A stretch of DNA of 64,000 nucleotides from an uncultured Candidatus Saccharibacteria bacterium (GCA_964577565.1 CAZNZL010000001.1:78566-142565), one strand, 5' to 3'. Positions 45,525 to 56,737 are shown, numbered from the stretch's first letter. Numbers and translations: made by a program. Notes: generated from the letters alone by a model not told the origin.

Positions 45525-48500
45525 ATGGGTAAAATCAAAGAGAAGTCAAAACGCGCTGTTCGCGTTGCTGCCCACAAAGGCAAGCGCGCTACTATAAAAA
45601 CCGCTCTCACCGCTAAAAAAGCGGCAGCGTTACCTACCAAAGGCGCCAAAATGGTTGCCAACACTAAAACCTACCAAAAAGCCAAAACATCTTATAAAAA
45701 AGCCCATCACAACGTAGCCGAAACCCCCCATAAACGTCTTATGGAGCAGTCTCCTCGCTACGCTGCCTGGCACAGTTGGCAGTATAAGAAGGTTCACCAC
45801 GGCCATATACACGGTGCTGTGGTACTTGCCTGGGTATTGTTTGTAGTATCGCTTATTGGTGCTGTGGTGCCATCTGTCTCTGCTCTTAATGTTTGGGAAC
45901 AAAACGATTGGAGCGGAGGCCAAGGCACGAATACAGGGAGTCAGTATAGTACCAGTAGCAGTATTGATACCTCTACTGAAGGTCAGCTATCATTAGCAAA
46001 GTCTGATAACTACTTTTCTAATGGGGGCTTTGATTCAAATACAGATTCGTGGAATGGATATGGCTTTTCGCATGAAACCACCACAAAATATGAGGGATCA
46101 GGATCGGCCAAAATACAAGCTGGGGTGCAGTCGTCCTCAAATTTTTATGCACATACTACTTACGATGGCGCTTCTACCAGGCAGCGGCGTATGGCAAGCG
46201 GTGATCTCAATGGAGATGGTAGAGATGATGTAGCTATTGCGAATATCGATAACTACACAATATCAATTCATTGGGGTGGAGCTTCTGGCCAGCTTTCTAC
46301 ACCTACCACGGTTGCTACACACACTTCTGGCAACCCATATGATGTAAGTATTGGCGACATTAACCGTGACGGGCATTTGGATATGGTGCTTACCTATACT
46401 GCAGGCGTCAATCTTTCAGTATTTATTAACGATGGCGAAGGTGGATTTGAGCGGAGTGACTTTACGGGCATTTCAGGTCAATGTGCGCACACGTTAGGAA
46501 ACTTTAACAACGACGACTATTTGGATATTGCTGCGCTCTGCGTCCACTCAAGCAGCTACTTGGTGTACACCAATACTGGCAGCAGTACCTACTATGGTAA
46601 TTCTCCGCAACAGTTTGGCATTGGAGCTAGTGCAGGGTCAGACAGGAATATCGCAGCAGTAGATATCAATGGGGATGGATATGACGACCTGAGTGTTGGT
46701 GTGAACGGCCGGTCTGATTGCAAACTATACTATTCTTTAAGTAACGGCGGTGGATTTGAAGCTGGTACAACGGTCGATATCAATGATTGCGGCCCTACAA
46801 ATTCACAGGGCTATATGGTCGCCGGTGGTGATTTCAATAAAGATGGGTACGAAGATATTGCAGTGGGTCGCAGAACAGGTACGGGTGGCACGAGTGCAAG
46901 TAGTCGTAATATGCTTACCATCTATCTTGGGGCGAGTGATGGTGTGCTTACCTCACAAGCCGACTATGGGGCTGTTGGCAACATGTCAGTCATGGGGTCG
47001 ATGATGGTATCGGACTACGACCTAGATGGCCACCTAGATGTATCGGTGGCCAATAGCTCGAGTAATATCTCAGTTTTCTACGGGGTCGGTGATGGTACGT
47101 TTGGAAATAGAACGGAATTTCCCATGACATCGAGCGCATTTTATGCAGTAACCGGGGATATGAACGGTGATGGTAAATACGACATCGCTACATCAATCAA
47201 TAGCAGTACTACTACGGTAAATAGCGTGGGCTTATTTATAAATAAAATAGGCGGAGACGCGGTTTCTCAAAAAGTAACACTCGGTAGCGCCGGAACGTAC
47301 TATTTGAGCGCTTATGTGTATACAACGGGCGATGAGGTAACAGCGGAAGATGTAGATTTGTACCTGGATGGTAAAAACGTGCCAACCCAATATTCATCTA
47401 CGAATATTTCGGGATGGTATTCGCTGAGCGCTGAAATAGAGATCAATGAGCCAACTGAGAAAATAGCAGGAGTTATCGCTAAGCAAGGAAAAACTATCTA
47501 TGTCGATAATGTAGCCTTATACAAATTTGCTGATGCAGGTACGCTTGTCTCTGCTGTGCATGATTTAGGTTTTGGTGGTGATTGGGGGACGCTAACCTAC
47601 ACTACCTCACACCCACAATTGACTACCGTAAAGGTTAGGACAAGCGACAGTCCTACCATGGATGGCGCACCCGAATTTAGTGGCTGCCCTAGTCTTGTTA
47701 GTGGTACGGACCTCACTGATCAAAATTGCGTTACCAATAATCACCGGTATGTACAGTACCAGGTAAGTTTAGTTGCCGATGGCGAGACGCGCCCCACCTT
47801 AACAGAAATAAGCATAGCCTATGCGCCATGGGATACAACCCCGCCTGTAGCGAATGCCTCAGATATCATCATGAAGAAAGAGGCAGGCGGTGCGACAATT
47901 AATTCGAATGGTTGGACTAATGGCCCTGCCCCCTATTTTGAGTGGACCGAAGGAGCTGATGGCGAAGGTGAAAGCGGCATTAAGGGTTATTGTTTGTATC
48001 TTGGCCAAGACTCGACCGCCAATCCCGTTACCGCTAAAGGTTTGCTGGGAGCTAGTCCGCTGAATACAGACGGCGTGTGCCAGTTTGCGGTTAGTACAAC
48101 CAACATAGATTTGAGTGTTGATGGGCTCATCTCTACGGCGCTTACTACATCGGACGACCCATATTATTTGAGTATCCGTACCTTTGATAACGCCGGCAAT
48201 GTCTATGAAGAGAATGCTCAATTTCAATTTAAATTCGATAATACACCGCCTACTAATCCAGCTTTTATATCGTCTCCGTCACAATTTGTGGCTGATAAAA
48301 CAGTGACGTTAACGTGGCCTAATTCTGGAGACGGTGCACCAACTGACGCGCACTCCGGCGTTGCTGGCCTACAGTATCGCATTGGGTCAAACTCGTCTTG
48401 GTATGGAGACGGTGAGAATGGTGATGGATTATTAGAAAACGACGGCTCTTATACTACACGCGATGCGCTTGACTTCGACAACATCACAGAAGGTAACAAT

Positions 48501-50402
48501 GTCGTCTATATGCGGACGTGGGATCAGGCCGGTAATATCACGACCCAGTATGTTACCACGGTAATTAAACTAAACACTGCTTCCCCGGGTAGCCCACAAA
48601 ACGTGACGGTTACCCCAACCACAAATACTACTAATAGTTTTGCCTTTTCATGGATGCCTCCAAGCTCATTCCAGGGTTCGGCCAGTAATCTTACCTATTG
48701 TTACACCGTTAATACAACCCCAACCGTAAATACATGTACATTTACAACAGCAGGTCAGACTTCTTTACCAGAAGGAGCCTACGCAACGCAGCCGGGCGAA
48801 AACACCTTTTACGTCGTTGCGAAAGACGAGGCTGGCAATATTAACTATGCCACAGCAGCGTCTACTACTTTTACTGCCAACACGTCGGCACCCGGTATGC
48901 CGCTTGATCTTGATATTGCTGACGTTTCAATTAAAGCTAGTGCGTCTTGGCGGTTGGCGTTATCGTGGAATGTGCCCGCCAGCACGGGTGCGGGAATCGC
49001 CTCGTACCGTATCTTAAGATCAACAGATAACAATAATTTTTCACAGGTAGCTTCAACGGCCGGAACAAGTTATGTTGACAGCGGCTTAGGCCAAAGCAAA
49101 TATTTTTATAAAATTCGCGCGTGTGATAGTGCCAATAACTGTGGTGCGTTTAGTTCAACGGTTTCGCTGACACCAACCGGAAAATTCACAAGCTCTGCTA
49201 CACTGACAGCGCAACCAAGCGTATCTGGCGTCAGTACCAAAAAAGCTACCATAAAATGGGCTACTAACAGAGAGAGTGACAGTAGAATTTCTCTGGGTAC
49301 TAAACCAGGTGAATATGCGCCCTTCCAAGTTGCCAGCGCCGAGCAAGTAACTGACCACAATGTTGAACTTAATAACCTAACGCCCGGTACAACATATTAC
49401 GCAAAAGCCTCGTGGACAGATGTTGATGGTAATACTGGTTCGTCAAGTGAGTTTATCTTTAAAACCGAGCCGGCACCTTCAACGCAAGAAGTTCAGACAT
49501 CGCGTGTTACGCTTTCGACGGCACAAATCACGTTTACGTCTGTGAGCGCTGCCAAAGTAGTAATTCAATACGGCAAATCAGATAGTTTTGGCGGGGTTAA
49601 AGAAATCCAGACTTCACTGGCAAAATCCACCTATGCGGTTGAGATTAATGGGCTTGATGATGGCTCTAAGTACCTTTACCGACTAAATACATTTGATGCC
49701 GAGGGTAATGAATATACAGGTAGTACTGTGCTTTCATTTACTACCCCTGCCCGCCCTCGCATTGAAAACCTGCGTTTTCAACCCATTGATGGAGAACCCA
49801 CCAGCACCCAAAAAATAACGTGGACTACCAATGTGCCCGCCTCATCACTCGTGCGCTTTACTCCTGAAGGAGGTCCTTCACGTGAGGTTAGTAGTTCACA
49901 ATTGGTTAGTGAGCACGAAGTTATAGTAAGGGACCTCCATGATGATACCAACTATACGCTTGTGGCTGAGTCACGCGATAAGGATGGTAACCTAGCGGTT
50001 TCAGATGCACAAAATTTGCGTACCGCCCTTGATACGCGTCCACCAAAAATTAGCGATATAACTGTAGAAACCACCATTCGTGGTGCTGGCGCTGAAGCGC
50101 GTGGACAAATAATTATTTCATGGAAGACTGACGAACCAGCTACAAGCCAAGTAGGTTATGCTGAAGGTTCTGAAGTGACAACCTTTAATAACCGGTCATC
50201 TGAAGATACCGGCTTAGCAACTGAGCATGTAGTTATTGTGTCAGATCTACCAACCTCTCGGGTCTATAGTATTCAACCCATTTCAAGAGATCGTTCCGGC
50301 AACAGTGGTGTGGGTGAGATTGAAACAGCGATTATTGGCCGTGCTTCTGATAGCATTATAACGATAGTGCTTAATACATTACGAAAGGTATTTGGTTTTT
50401 AA
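45525..50402 (+). CDS. Giant surface protein with FG-GAP/VCBS-like repeats and multiple FN3/Ig-like modules
   Basis: Start taken at MGKIKEK (45525). The longer track start at 45384 runs through the tRNA-fragment repeats. The protein has a basic N terminus, a TM helix, at least 6 repeats of type GDxNGDGxxDhxh, then serial beta-rich ~90-aa modules and a hydrophobic C-terminal end. Confidence 0.85.
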   Translation: MGKIKEKSKRAVRVAAHKGKRATIKTALTAKKAAALPTKGAKMVANTKTYQKAKTSYKKAHHNVAETPHKRLMEQSPRYAAWHSWQYKKVHHGHIHGAVVLAWVLFVVSLIGAVVPSVSALNVWEQNDWSGGQGTNTGSQYSTSSSIDTSTEGQLSLAKSDNYFSNGGFDSNTDSWNGYGFSHETTTKYEGSGSAKIQAGVQSSSNFYAHTTYDGASTRQRRMASGDLNGDGRDDVAIANIDNYTISIHWGGASGQLSTPTTVATHTSGNPYDVSIGDINRDGHLDMVLTYTAGVNLSVFINDGEGGFERSDFTGISGQCAHTLGNFNNDDYLDIAALCVHSSSYLVYTNTGSSTYYGNSPQQFGIGASAGSDRNIAAVDINGDGYDDLSVGVNGRSDCKLYYSLSNGGGFEAGTTVDINDCGPTNSQGYMVAGGDFNKDGYEDIAVGRRTGTGGTSASSRNMLTIYLGASDGVLTSQADYGAVGNMSVMGSMMVSDYDLDGHLDVSVANSSSNISVFYGVGDGTFGNRTEFPMTSSAFYAVTGDMNGDGKYDIATSINSSTTTVNSVGLFINKIGGDAVSQKVTLGSAGTYYLSAYVYTTGDEVTAEDVDLYLDGKNVPTQYSSTNISGWYSLSAEIEINEPTEKIAGVIAKQGKTIYVDNVALYKFADAGTLVSAVHDLGFGGDWGTLTYTTSHPQLTTVKVRTSDSPTMDGAPEFSGCPSLVSGTDLTDQNCVTNNHRYVQYQVSLVADGETRPTLTEISIAYAPWDTTPPVANASDIIMKKEAGGATINSNGWTNGPAPYFEWTEGADGEGESGIKGYCLYLGQDSTANPVTAKGLLGASPLNTDGVCQFAVSTTNIDLSVDGLISTALTTSDDPYYLSIRTFDNAGNVYEENAQFQFKFDNTPPTNPAFISSPSQFVADKTVTLTWPNSGDGAPTDAHSGVAGLQYRIGSNSSWYGDGENGDGLLENDGSYTTRDALDFDNITEGNNVVYMRTWDQAGNITTQYVTTVIKLNTASPGSPQNVTVTPTTNTTNSFAFSWMPPSSFQGSASNLTYCYTVNTTPTVNTCTFTTAGQTSLPEGAYATQPGENTFYVVAKDEAGNINYATAASTTFTANTSAPGMPLDLDIADVSIKASASWRLALSWNVPASTGAGIASYRILRSTDNNNFSQVASTAGTSYVDSGLGQSKYFYKIRACDSANNCGAFSSTVSLTPTGKFTSSATLTAQPSVSGVSTKKATIKWATNRESDSRISLGTKPGEYAPFQVASAEQVTDHNVELNNLTPGTTYYAKASWTDVDGNTGSSSEFIFKTEPAPSTQEVQTSRVTLSTAQITFTSVSAAKVVIQYGKSDSFGGVKEIQTSLAKSTYAVEINGLDDGSKYLYRLNTFDAEGNEYTGSTVLSFTTPARPRIENLRFQPIDGEPTSTQKITWTTNVPASSLVRFTPEGGPSREVSSSQLVSEHEVIVRDLHDDTNYTLVAESRDKDGNLAVSDAQNLRTALDTRPPKISDITVETTIRGAGAEARGQIIISWKTDEPATSQVGYAEGSEVTTFNNRSSEDTGLATEHVVIVSDLPTSRVYSIQPISRDRSGNSGVGEIETAIIGRASDSIITIVLNTLRKVFGF

Positions 50403-51203
50403 ATGGGCGGTGGGCTACTAGATAAAACTAACATTATTAACGTTCAAAACGTTCAACAACAATTTATTGTAGGTGGCGAGGTAGTGCCAGCACTGCGTGA
50501 TGTAACATTCACGATCCAGGCCAACTCATTTAATATTATTTTTGGGCCATCAGGAAGCGGTAAATCTACGCTTCTTAACGTTTTGGCAGGCTTGCAGGCT
50601 CCGGTTAGTGGACAGGTTGTCGTTGAAGGCAGTGATATATATTCCCTGAAGCCAGACGAGCTGGCAAACTATAGGGCAAACCGGGTTGGTTTTGTGCACC
50701 AAACCAACCATTGGATAAAAAGTTTAAATGTTATAGAGAACATTGCTATACCGCTTTACTTTTTAGGCTACTCAAGAGCCAAAGCTGAAAAACTGGCAGC
50801 CATTGCGCTAGAGCGTGTAAATATGGGCGAATACGCCAAAAAGTCTCCAATGCTGCTATCAGGCGGTGAGCAACAACGCCTTGGTATGGCGCGCGCTTTG
50901 GCTAATGACCCGCTTTTTATTATTGCCGACGAGCCAACCGGCAACCTTGATACCGCCAATGGCGATATTATAATGAATTTACTGCTAAATTGTCAGACTG
51001 AATTTCGGCGCACCGTCATATTGGTTACGCACAATATGGAATATATATCGTTAGCAGATCATTTATTAAAGATTCAAGACGGTGAGGTTGAAGATATTCC
51101 AAGCGGTGATACCGACAAAGTTATGAAAGTTCTTTTGCAAGACATTGAGGACAGAATAGATCATTTATCAACGGTAAAAAAACATGCAGCCAAAGCCTCC
51201 TAA
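50403..51203 (+). CDS. ABC transporter ATP-binding protein (MacB/LolD-like)
   Basis: [24 protein letters not shown] and [11 protein letters not shown]. It starts 1 nt after the giant gene stop. Confidence 0.9.
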   Translation: MGGGLLDKTNIINVQNVQQQFIVGGEVVPALRDVTFTIQANSFNIIFGPSGSGKSTLLNVLAGLQAPVSGQVVVEGSDIYSLKPDELANYRANRVGFVHQTNHWIKSLNVIENIAIPLYFLGYSRAKAEKLAAIALERVNMGEYAKKSPMLLSGGEQQRLGMARALANDPLFIIADEPTGNLDTANGDIIMNLLLNCQTEFRRTVILVTHNMEYISLADHLLKIQDGEVEDIPSGDTDKVMKVLLQDIEDRIDHLSTVKKHAAKAS

Positions 51204-52410
51204 AACTAAATACGTATCGATTCCCTTTCATGTAGAGTTATATCTTGCATGGCGTAATCTTGTTACAAAAAAATTACGCTCGTTCCTGACTATCATGGGT
51301 GTCATTATTGGTATTGGCTCTATATTTTTCTTGTTGTCGCTTGGCCTGGGCCTTGAAAATCTAGTGACCGAAGAAATAATTGGTAATCAATCGGTTAAAT
51401 CAATTGATGTTACTAGCCCCAATTCAAGGATAGTTAAACTCGATAAAGACGCTGCGGCAAAAATTGAGGGCTTGTCGCATGTGGAGTCGCTCGGTACCTC
51501 ATATTCATTTGCAGGTAGCCTCAAGCTAAACAAAAGCGAGATTGACACAATAGTATACGGAATTGATACTGACTATCAAAAACTGGCAACGCTTGAGGTA
51601 GAAAACGGTCGATTACTAGAAAAAGACGATCAGAATGCGGTCTTTATTAATAAGGCAGCACTTGAAGCAATCGGTCTTACCAAACCAGATGAGATAGTTG
51701 GCAAAGACCTTGAACTGCGTATTCCCGTTAAGCTCGAAGATACGTCAGAAACTACGATACTCGAGCAAAAAATGAAATTGGTCGGTATCATTAACTCTGG
51801 TGCCGGTAGCGAAGTCTTTATACCTGGCGAGATTTTTGAGCAAGCCCAAGTGAAGCAGTATTCTCAAGTAAAGTTGTTGGCTGACGCAACCGAAAATGTA
51901 GGTGAACTGCGTCAGAAAGTCGAAAGTATGGGGTTTGAGACGTCTTCCCCGGTTGATACAATTGACCAGATCAACCAAATTTTTAAGTACTTTAATGTTA
52001 TTTTGGTGGGCTTCGGAGCTATTGGTATGATTGTGGCAGTGCTGGGTATGTTCAACACCCTAACCATCTCGTTGCTTGAGCGCACCAAAGAAATTGGCCT
52101 GATGATTGCGTTAGGTGGTCGGCATAAAGATATGCGCACTCTGTTTATTCTTGAGGCAGTGCTGCTATCACTGATTGGTTCGGTAGTAGGCATTGTTTGT
52201 GCCATTATTGGTGGCAAAATCATAAACCTTGTGATGAACCATCTCGCGTCAAACAATGGCGTGCGCGAAGGCTTTAACTTATTTGCAACGCCACTGTGGC
52301 TGATTGGCGGACTCATTATATTTATGGTGGTTGTTGGTCTACTGGTTGTCTTGTTACCTGCTCGACGAGCACAAAAAATTAACCCAATAGACGCTTTGCG
52401 TCGCGAATAA
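51184..52410 (+). CDS. ABC transporter permease (FtsX/MacB family)
   Basis: It overlaps the ATPase gene. N-terminal TM helix, an extracytoplasmic domain, and a C-terminal FtsX bundle (RTKEIGLMIALGG). Confidence 0.85.
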   Translation: MQPKPPKTKYVSIPFHVELYLAWRNLVTKKLRSFLTIMGVIIGIGSIFFLLSLGLGLENLVTEEIIGNQSVKSIDVTSPNSRIVKLDKDAAAKIEGLSHVESLGTSYSFAGSLKLNKSEIDTIVYGIDTDYQKLATLEVENGRLLEKDDQNAVFINKAALEAIGLTKPDEIVGKDLELRIPVKLEDTSETTILEQKMKLVGIINSGAGSEVFIPGEIFEQAQVKQYSQVKLLADATENVGELRQKVESMGFETSSPVDTIDQINQIFKYFNVILVGFGAIGMIVAVLGMFNTLTISLLERTKEIGLMIALGGRHKDMRTLFILEAVLLSLIGSVVGIVCAIIGGKIINLVMNHLASNNGVREGFNLFATPLWLIGGLIIFMVVVGLLVVLLPARRAQKINPIDALRRE

Positions 52411-52851
52411 CTATACCCTTACATCGCGCATTTGATCACGCTTTTTAATTGCTTCGCGTTTGTCGTAACGTTTTTTGCCCCGCCCTACTGCTATTCGTAG
52501 TTTGATATAGCGGCCCATTGTTAAAAATTCTACCGGAACAATAGTTTTACCTTGTTGTTTTGCTTCAGCAAGCGCCGCGATTTGTTTTTGGCTTAAAAGA
52601 AGCTTTCGGCTTCTGGTTTGTTCTGTCTCTGGAATAGAAAAGGTGTTAGTACTGGTGACGGTTGCATTAATAAGTATTACTTCTCCATCTTTGATTGTTA
52701 CGTAAGCACCACGCAGATGACCATGACCCTTTCGAAGCGCCTTAGTTTCTTTACCTGTTAATACGATCCCAGCTACAAGCTCATCGCCAAGCTCGTAATC
52801 AAAACGAGCCCGTCTGTTAACAATTTTGCCGGGTGAGTTTTTTCTCTTCAT
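52411..52851 (-). CDS. smpB: SsrA-binding protein
   Basis: NRRARFDYEL, GTEVK-like GKETKALR, and a basic C-terminal tail. Confidence 0.9.
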   Translation of the reverse strand: MKRKNSPGKIVNRRARFDYELGDELVAGIVLTGKETKALRKGHGHLRGAYVTIKDGEVILINATVTSTNTFSIPETEQTRSRKLLLSQKQIAALAEAKQQGKTIVPVEFLTMGRYIKLRIAVGRGKKRYDKREAIKKRDQMRDVRV

Positions 52852-52887
52852 AACTATAGTATCACAATAATTATCAAAAAAAGCAAG

Positions 52888-54093
52888 TTACGAACACGGT
52901 AAGCGATGTTTGTCTTTACTATTTAGATCTGGACAGCTTTCAAGCGAGGTTTGCAAGCGCTTTATTTCTTCGCGAGCGACATCCCAGACGCCTGTATCGT
53001 TGTGCTTGACTTTACGCCAATACCACCACTCAACACCCCACAGATACATCTCTTTCATGCCCGTAGCTCTGCCATATTCAAAACGGTCTCGAAGCCGTTC
53101 AGGGTTAAGCGATTTGTCTTGCTCTTCTAGACTGGCTGCCTTAGTTTCAATTGGGGCCCACGGCTCAGCCTGGAGCTCATGAATAATCATATCTTTGCCA
53201 GTAACGATCTTACCTGCTCCGGCCAAGAAACCGTAAAACCAAGCCGGAAACGGGTATTCAAAATAGCGCTTGGTAATCGTTTTGTCCCACACTCGTTTAT
53301 AAATTGAAACAGCAAACATATCTGGTCGTGGTTGGCCAATCGGTATGCCGGCGGCATTATTACTGCGACTTATGATGACGGGACGAGTGGGGTCGTGCTG
53401 TTTGACATAATTAAACTCATCAATTAAGCGATCGCGTGAATGATCGGGGCAAATACCAAATACCTTCATAAAAAATTCATTTTCAAGCTGATAGCTGACC
53501 AATGCAGGGCTATGCTTGTAACGCTCTATGACAGCCTTCATATAGTCTTTTAATAAGGGCTGCCATTCTTCGCGCGGCATATTTTGTGCCCAGGCTGGCA
53601 TATGGCATTCTGGCCAGCGTGGTTGGCGCAAGCCGATTGCCAGCGATACTTTGGCGTTAGCTTCCTCGGCATAACGAAATTGCCAATCAAGTTCAGAAAA
53701 ATCATAATTGCCACGAACCGGCTCGTGGTCATCCCAGTAGCTAACTAACCTGAATTGTTTTATGTTTAATTCATCAATAAGCGCGCGCATGGTTTGTTGG
53801 GGGTCGAGCTCATAATACCGAGCGTAACGCGGAATAAACGTTACACCTACTATGGGTGCCTTGTTGCCGTTCTGGGCCATATACCAACGAGCAATACCAT
53901 ACATACATCCAACCACGACAGTAACTACTATTAGTAACCAAATCACAATTTTTTGAAATAACCGGCGTGTTTTGTACCAGCTGTGTGCCCGGCGGGCATG
54001 CGGTGAGACGCGTTTGTGGACGTGGCGAACTGCTTGTCGCGGCGCATGGCGTAGGCGGTGCGGGAGTTTATTGTTTCGGTGTTTTTTATTCAT
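52888..54093 (-). CDS. Membrane-anchored clan GH-A-like glycoside hydrolase (GH42/GH5-like)
   Basis: TM helix, WDDHEPVRGNYDFSELD (the W..EP..G.YDF..LD pattern), QLENEF (candidate acid/base) and HELQAEPW (candidate nucleophile). Confidence 0.45.
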   Translation of the reverse strand: MNKKHRNNKLPHRLRHAPRQAVRHVHKRVSPHARRAHSWYKTRRLFQKIVIWLLIVVTVVVGCMYGIARWYMAQNGNKAPIVGVTFIPRYARYYELDPQQTMRALIDELNIKQFRLVSYWDDHEPVRGNYDFSELDWQFRYAEEANAKVSLAIGLRQPRWPECHMPAWAQNMPREEWQPLLKDYMKAVIERYKHSPALVSYQLENEFFMKVFGICPDHSRDRLIDEFNYVKQHDPTRPVIISRSNNAAGIPIGQPRPDMFAVSIYKRVWDKTITKRYFEYPFPAWFYGFLAGAGKIVTGKDMIIHELQAEPWAPIETKAASLEEQDKSLNPERLRDRFEYGRATGMKEMYLWGVEWWYWRKVKHNDTGVWDVAREEIKRLQTSLESCPDLNSKDKHRLPCS

Positions 54094-54111
54094 TTGGTAC
54101 TATAGTTAGAC

Positions 54112-54954
54112 GTGAGCAAACAAACATTAACGTTATCAATTATTATACCAGTTTACAACGAAGAAAGTCACCTAAAACGGTGTCTAGAAAGTATTGCAAA
54201 TCAAACACAGCAGCCCGATGAAGTCCTTGTGGTTGATAATAACTCCACCGATAGATCGGTTGCCATTGCTAATAAATTCGATTTTGTAAGAGTAGTTCAC
54301 GAGCCGAAACAAAGTGTTGTTTTTGCTCGTAACCGCGGCTTTAATGAGGCACAATGCGATATAGTGGGTCGCATTGACGCTGATACCATTCTAGAACGCA
54401 ACTGGTGCAAAGAGGTACGAAAAATTTTTACTGATAAACGAGTAGGAGCCGCAACGGGGCCGGTTATGTACTATGACATGCCTTTTAAGCGGGTCGGATA
54501 TCATTTGGACAACACCATTCGCCGTAGTATTAAAAAATTGAGCAATAACTTTCCTTTTTTGTTTGGTGCCAACATGGCTATGAGGCGAAGTGTGTGGGAA
54601 GCGTATAAAAATGACTTTTGTTCGCGCAAGGACATACATGAAGATTTAGATCTTGCAATTCATCTGAGCCAGGCAAATGTCGTGATTGCCTATCGGCCAA
54701 AAATGGTAGCAGGAATGTCAGCTCGCCGCTATGATGACAAACCAAAAGATTTTTACCGGTATATGTCTTTTTATAGGTCTAGTTTTGAAAAACACGGCAT
54801 AGAATCAAATACCCCCGCTTTTGCCATGGCAGCATTTATATTTGGCTATTTTTTACTTAAGCCGCTCAGGTGGCTGTATGACCCGGTTAATGGTACGTAT
54901 TCTCCGCGGCAGCTTTTACGGCCAAAAGTCGCTCGTAAAAATCCAATGGATTAG
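54112..54954 (+). CDS. Family 2 glycosyltransferase
   Basis: LSIIIPVYNEE, VVDNNSTD and RIDAD (DxD). Confidence 0.85.
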   Translation: MSKQTLTLSIIIPVYNEESHLKRCLESIANQTQQPDEVLVVDNNSTDRSVAIANKFDFVRVVHEPKQSVVFARNRGFNEAQCDIVGRIDADTILERNWCKEVRKIFTDKRVGAATGPVMYYDMPFKRVGYHLDNTIRRSIKKLSNNFPFLFGANMAMRRSVWEAYKNDFCSRKDIHEDLDLAIHLSQANVVIAYRPKMVAGMSARRYDDKPKDFYRYMSFYRSSFEKHGIESNTPAFAMAAFIFGYFLLKPLRWLYDPVNGTYSPRQLLRPKVARKNPMD

Positions 54955-55538
54955 TCTTCTGGATTAATGGTATTAAAGCCGTTCTTATCTATGCCTGTTT
55001 GGCAGCTTCCCCACAAACCAAGGCTTTGCTCTCGGGCGGTTCTTTCGTATGATTTAAACTCCTCTTTTTTAGTAAACGGAAAGCTCGTATATGCAAAGCC
55101 GTAGCCCTGTTTGATAATTTCGGCGTTTAGAAGCACGTCGTCTACATATACATAACGGAGTAAACGATTGTAGCGATCGCGATTCGTGTTCTCTGGGTCA
55201 GCTTCTAAGCGGACACTCTTATTGGTAACTACGTTCTTTGTAAACTCGCTGGCTGCTCGGCCAAAACACTGAACAGGCTTACGTGGGTCTTGTGTTTCTG
55301 GTGTGTCAACGCCAATAAGACGAACGCGCTCTTCTCTGCCCTCCATTGCAATGGTAATCGTATCGCCATCTTCGGCACGAAGTACGTGGTACATACCTGG
55401 TTGCAAAATTTGATTAACTGGCTCTATGTTGGTTTGCGGAAGATTCCAGCCTAATTTTTCAGTTAATACGCCCAAACCAAGAATACACAGAGAGGTTACT
55501 ACATAGATTAACTTTTTACGATTCTGCCTGGTTACCAT
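54951..55538 (-). CDS. Thermonuclease (SNase-like) family protein
   Basis: TM/signal segment, DGDTI, RLIGVDTPE and YVYVDD...N.E....G. Confidence 0.85.
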   Translation of the reverse strand: MVTRQNRKKLIYVVTSLCILGLGVLTEKLGWNLPQTNIEPVNQILQPGMYHVLRAEDGDTITIAMEGREERVRLIGVDTPETQDPRKPVQCFGRAASEFTKNVVTNKSVRLEADPENTNRDRYNRLLRYVYVDDVLLNAEIIKQGYGFAYTSFPFTKKEEFKSYERTAREQSLGLWGSCQTGIDKNGFNTINPED

Positions 55539-55558
55539 CTCTATCCTTACGTCGCTGA

Positions 55559-56143
55559 TTAATAGTCAATGCCCTTATTTGCGAGATATTTATCATCAAA
55601 ATGATGTTTGATCTTGGTCATGTTGGTAGCTATGTCAACAAAGGGCAGCAATTGGAGCGGGAAGTTCCTGCCCGTTAGACACAGGCTGGTATTGGCGTGT
55701 TTGCTGGCTATTAACTTTTTAAGATCTGCCGTTGTGAGTAGGCCGTCATGAACGGCATTGTTTATCTCGTCGCAGATAACAACGTTAAACATACCACTTT
55801 TTATTGCCTTGAGCGCTTCTTGGTATGTCTCTTTTGCTGCTTGTTTGTGTTGGTCAGCGGTTACATGCTGGGGGCTAAGGTCGCCAGCTTTGTAAAATCC
55901 CTTACCGCCTTTGTAAAAGTACAGTTGGTCTTCATATAAAGACTGAATATCCCGAATAAAGGCATGTTCGCCCACGCCCCAATATTTTATAAATTGAATA
56001 AACGCAACATTCCATCGATTACCCAGTGCCCGCACCATTAACCCCAGTGATGCGCTTGTCTTACCCTTACTGTCACCAGTGTACACAATTACCACAGAGT
56101 CTTTCTGTTTGTAGTCCTCAAAAGCCATAAAGCTATTGTACAA
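55559..56143 (-). CDS. Cob(I)yrinic acid a,c-diamide adenosyltransferase (CobA/CobO/BtuR type)
   Basis: YTGDSKGKTSASLGL P-loop variant and VICDEINNAV. Confidence 0.8.
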   Translation of the reverse strand: MYNSFMAFEDYKQKDSVVIVYTGDSKGKTSASLGLMVRALGNRWNVAFIQFIKYWGVGEHAFIRDIQSLYEDQLYFYKGGKGFYKAGDLSPQHVTADQHKQAAKETYQEALKAIKSGMFNVVICDEINNAVHDGLLTTADLKKLIASKHANTSLCLTGRNFPLQLLPFVDIATNMTKIKHHFDDKYLANKGIDY

Positions 56144-56146
56144 GAT

Positions 56147-56662
56147 TTAGGCGGCGGTAGAATCGGGACTGTCAGTCGGCACTATATTTTTGGGTAGTGG
56201 CTGCACTGTTGCATTTGCTCGTTGACTCGCAATAATAGCTACTACCGATCGACGTATACGTAGTGCATGTGCAAAATCTTCAGGTTTTCTATCGTATCCA
56301 ATTGAGGTGCGACGAATGCGGTCCATGAGCATTTGCACTACCCTATCGTTAGAAATCACATCTTCTAAATCATCGTCATACAGAGCGGTATTGCACGCAA
56401 GTTTGCCAGCATATGTTGCCCGATTATATCTGCCTAAAAACTCTGCGGAGAAAGGTTGTTCAACCATTCGATCAATAACACTGGTTTCGTCACCAGGTTG
56501 CTGGTACGCATCAAGTTGCTGGATATCTGCTGGGTCAAAAGTAGCTACTAGTTCATCGAGGGGAACATCCGTCAATTCAGCAACTTGTAATTCAGCTACT
56601 TGCTCTTGCCAGGTCTGTTGGCGATGTTGATCGGGTGCTTGTTCAAAACTTTCTCGAGGCAT
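56147..56662 (-). CDS. Hypothetical acidic protein
   Basis: 171-aa ORF with no motif recognised. Confidence 0.45.
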   Translation of the reverse strand: MPRESFEQAPDQHRQQTWQEQVAELQVAELTDVPLDELVATFDPADIQQLDAYQQPGDETSVIDRMVEQPFSAEFLGRYNRATYAGKLACNTALYDDDLEDVISNDRVVQMLMDRIRRTSIGYDRKPEDFAHALRIRRSVVAIIASQRANATVQPLPKNIVPTDSPDSTAA

Positions 56663-56737
56663 ATAATACGTTATACACCAAATATAGGGGTACGGTCTGT
56701 GAATAACGCTACATATAGTGTGTGATAAATATCACAA

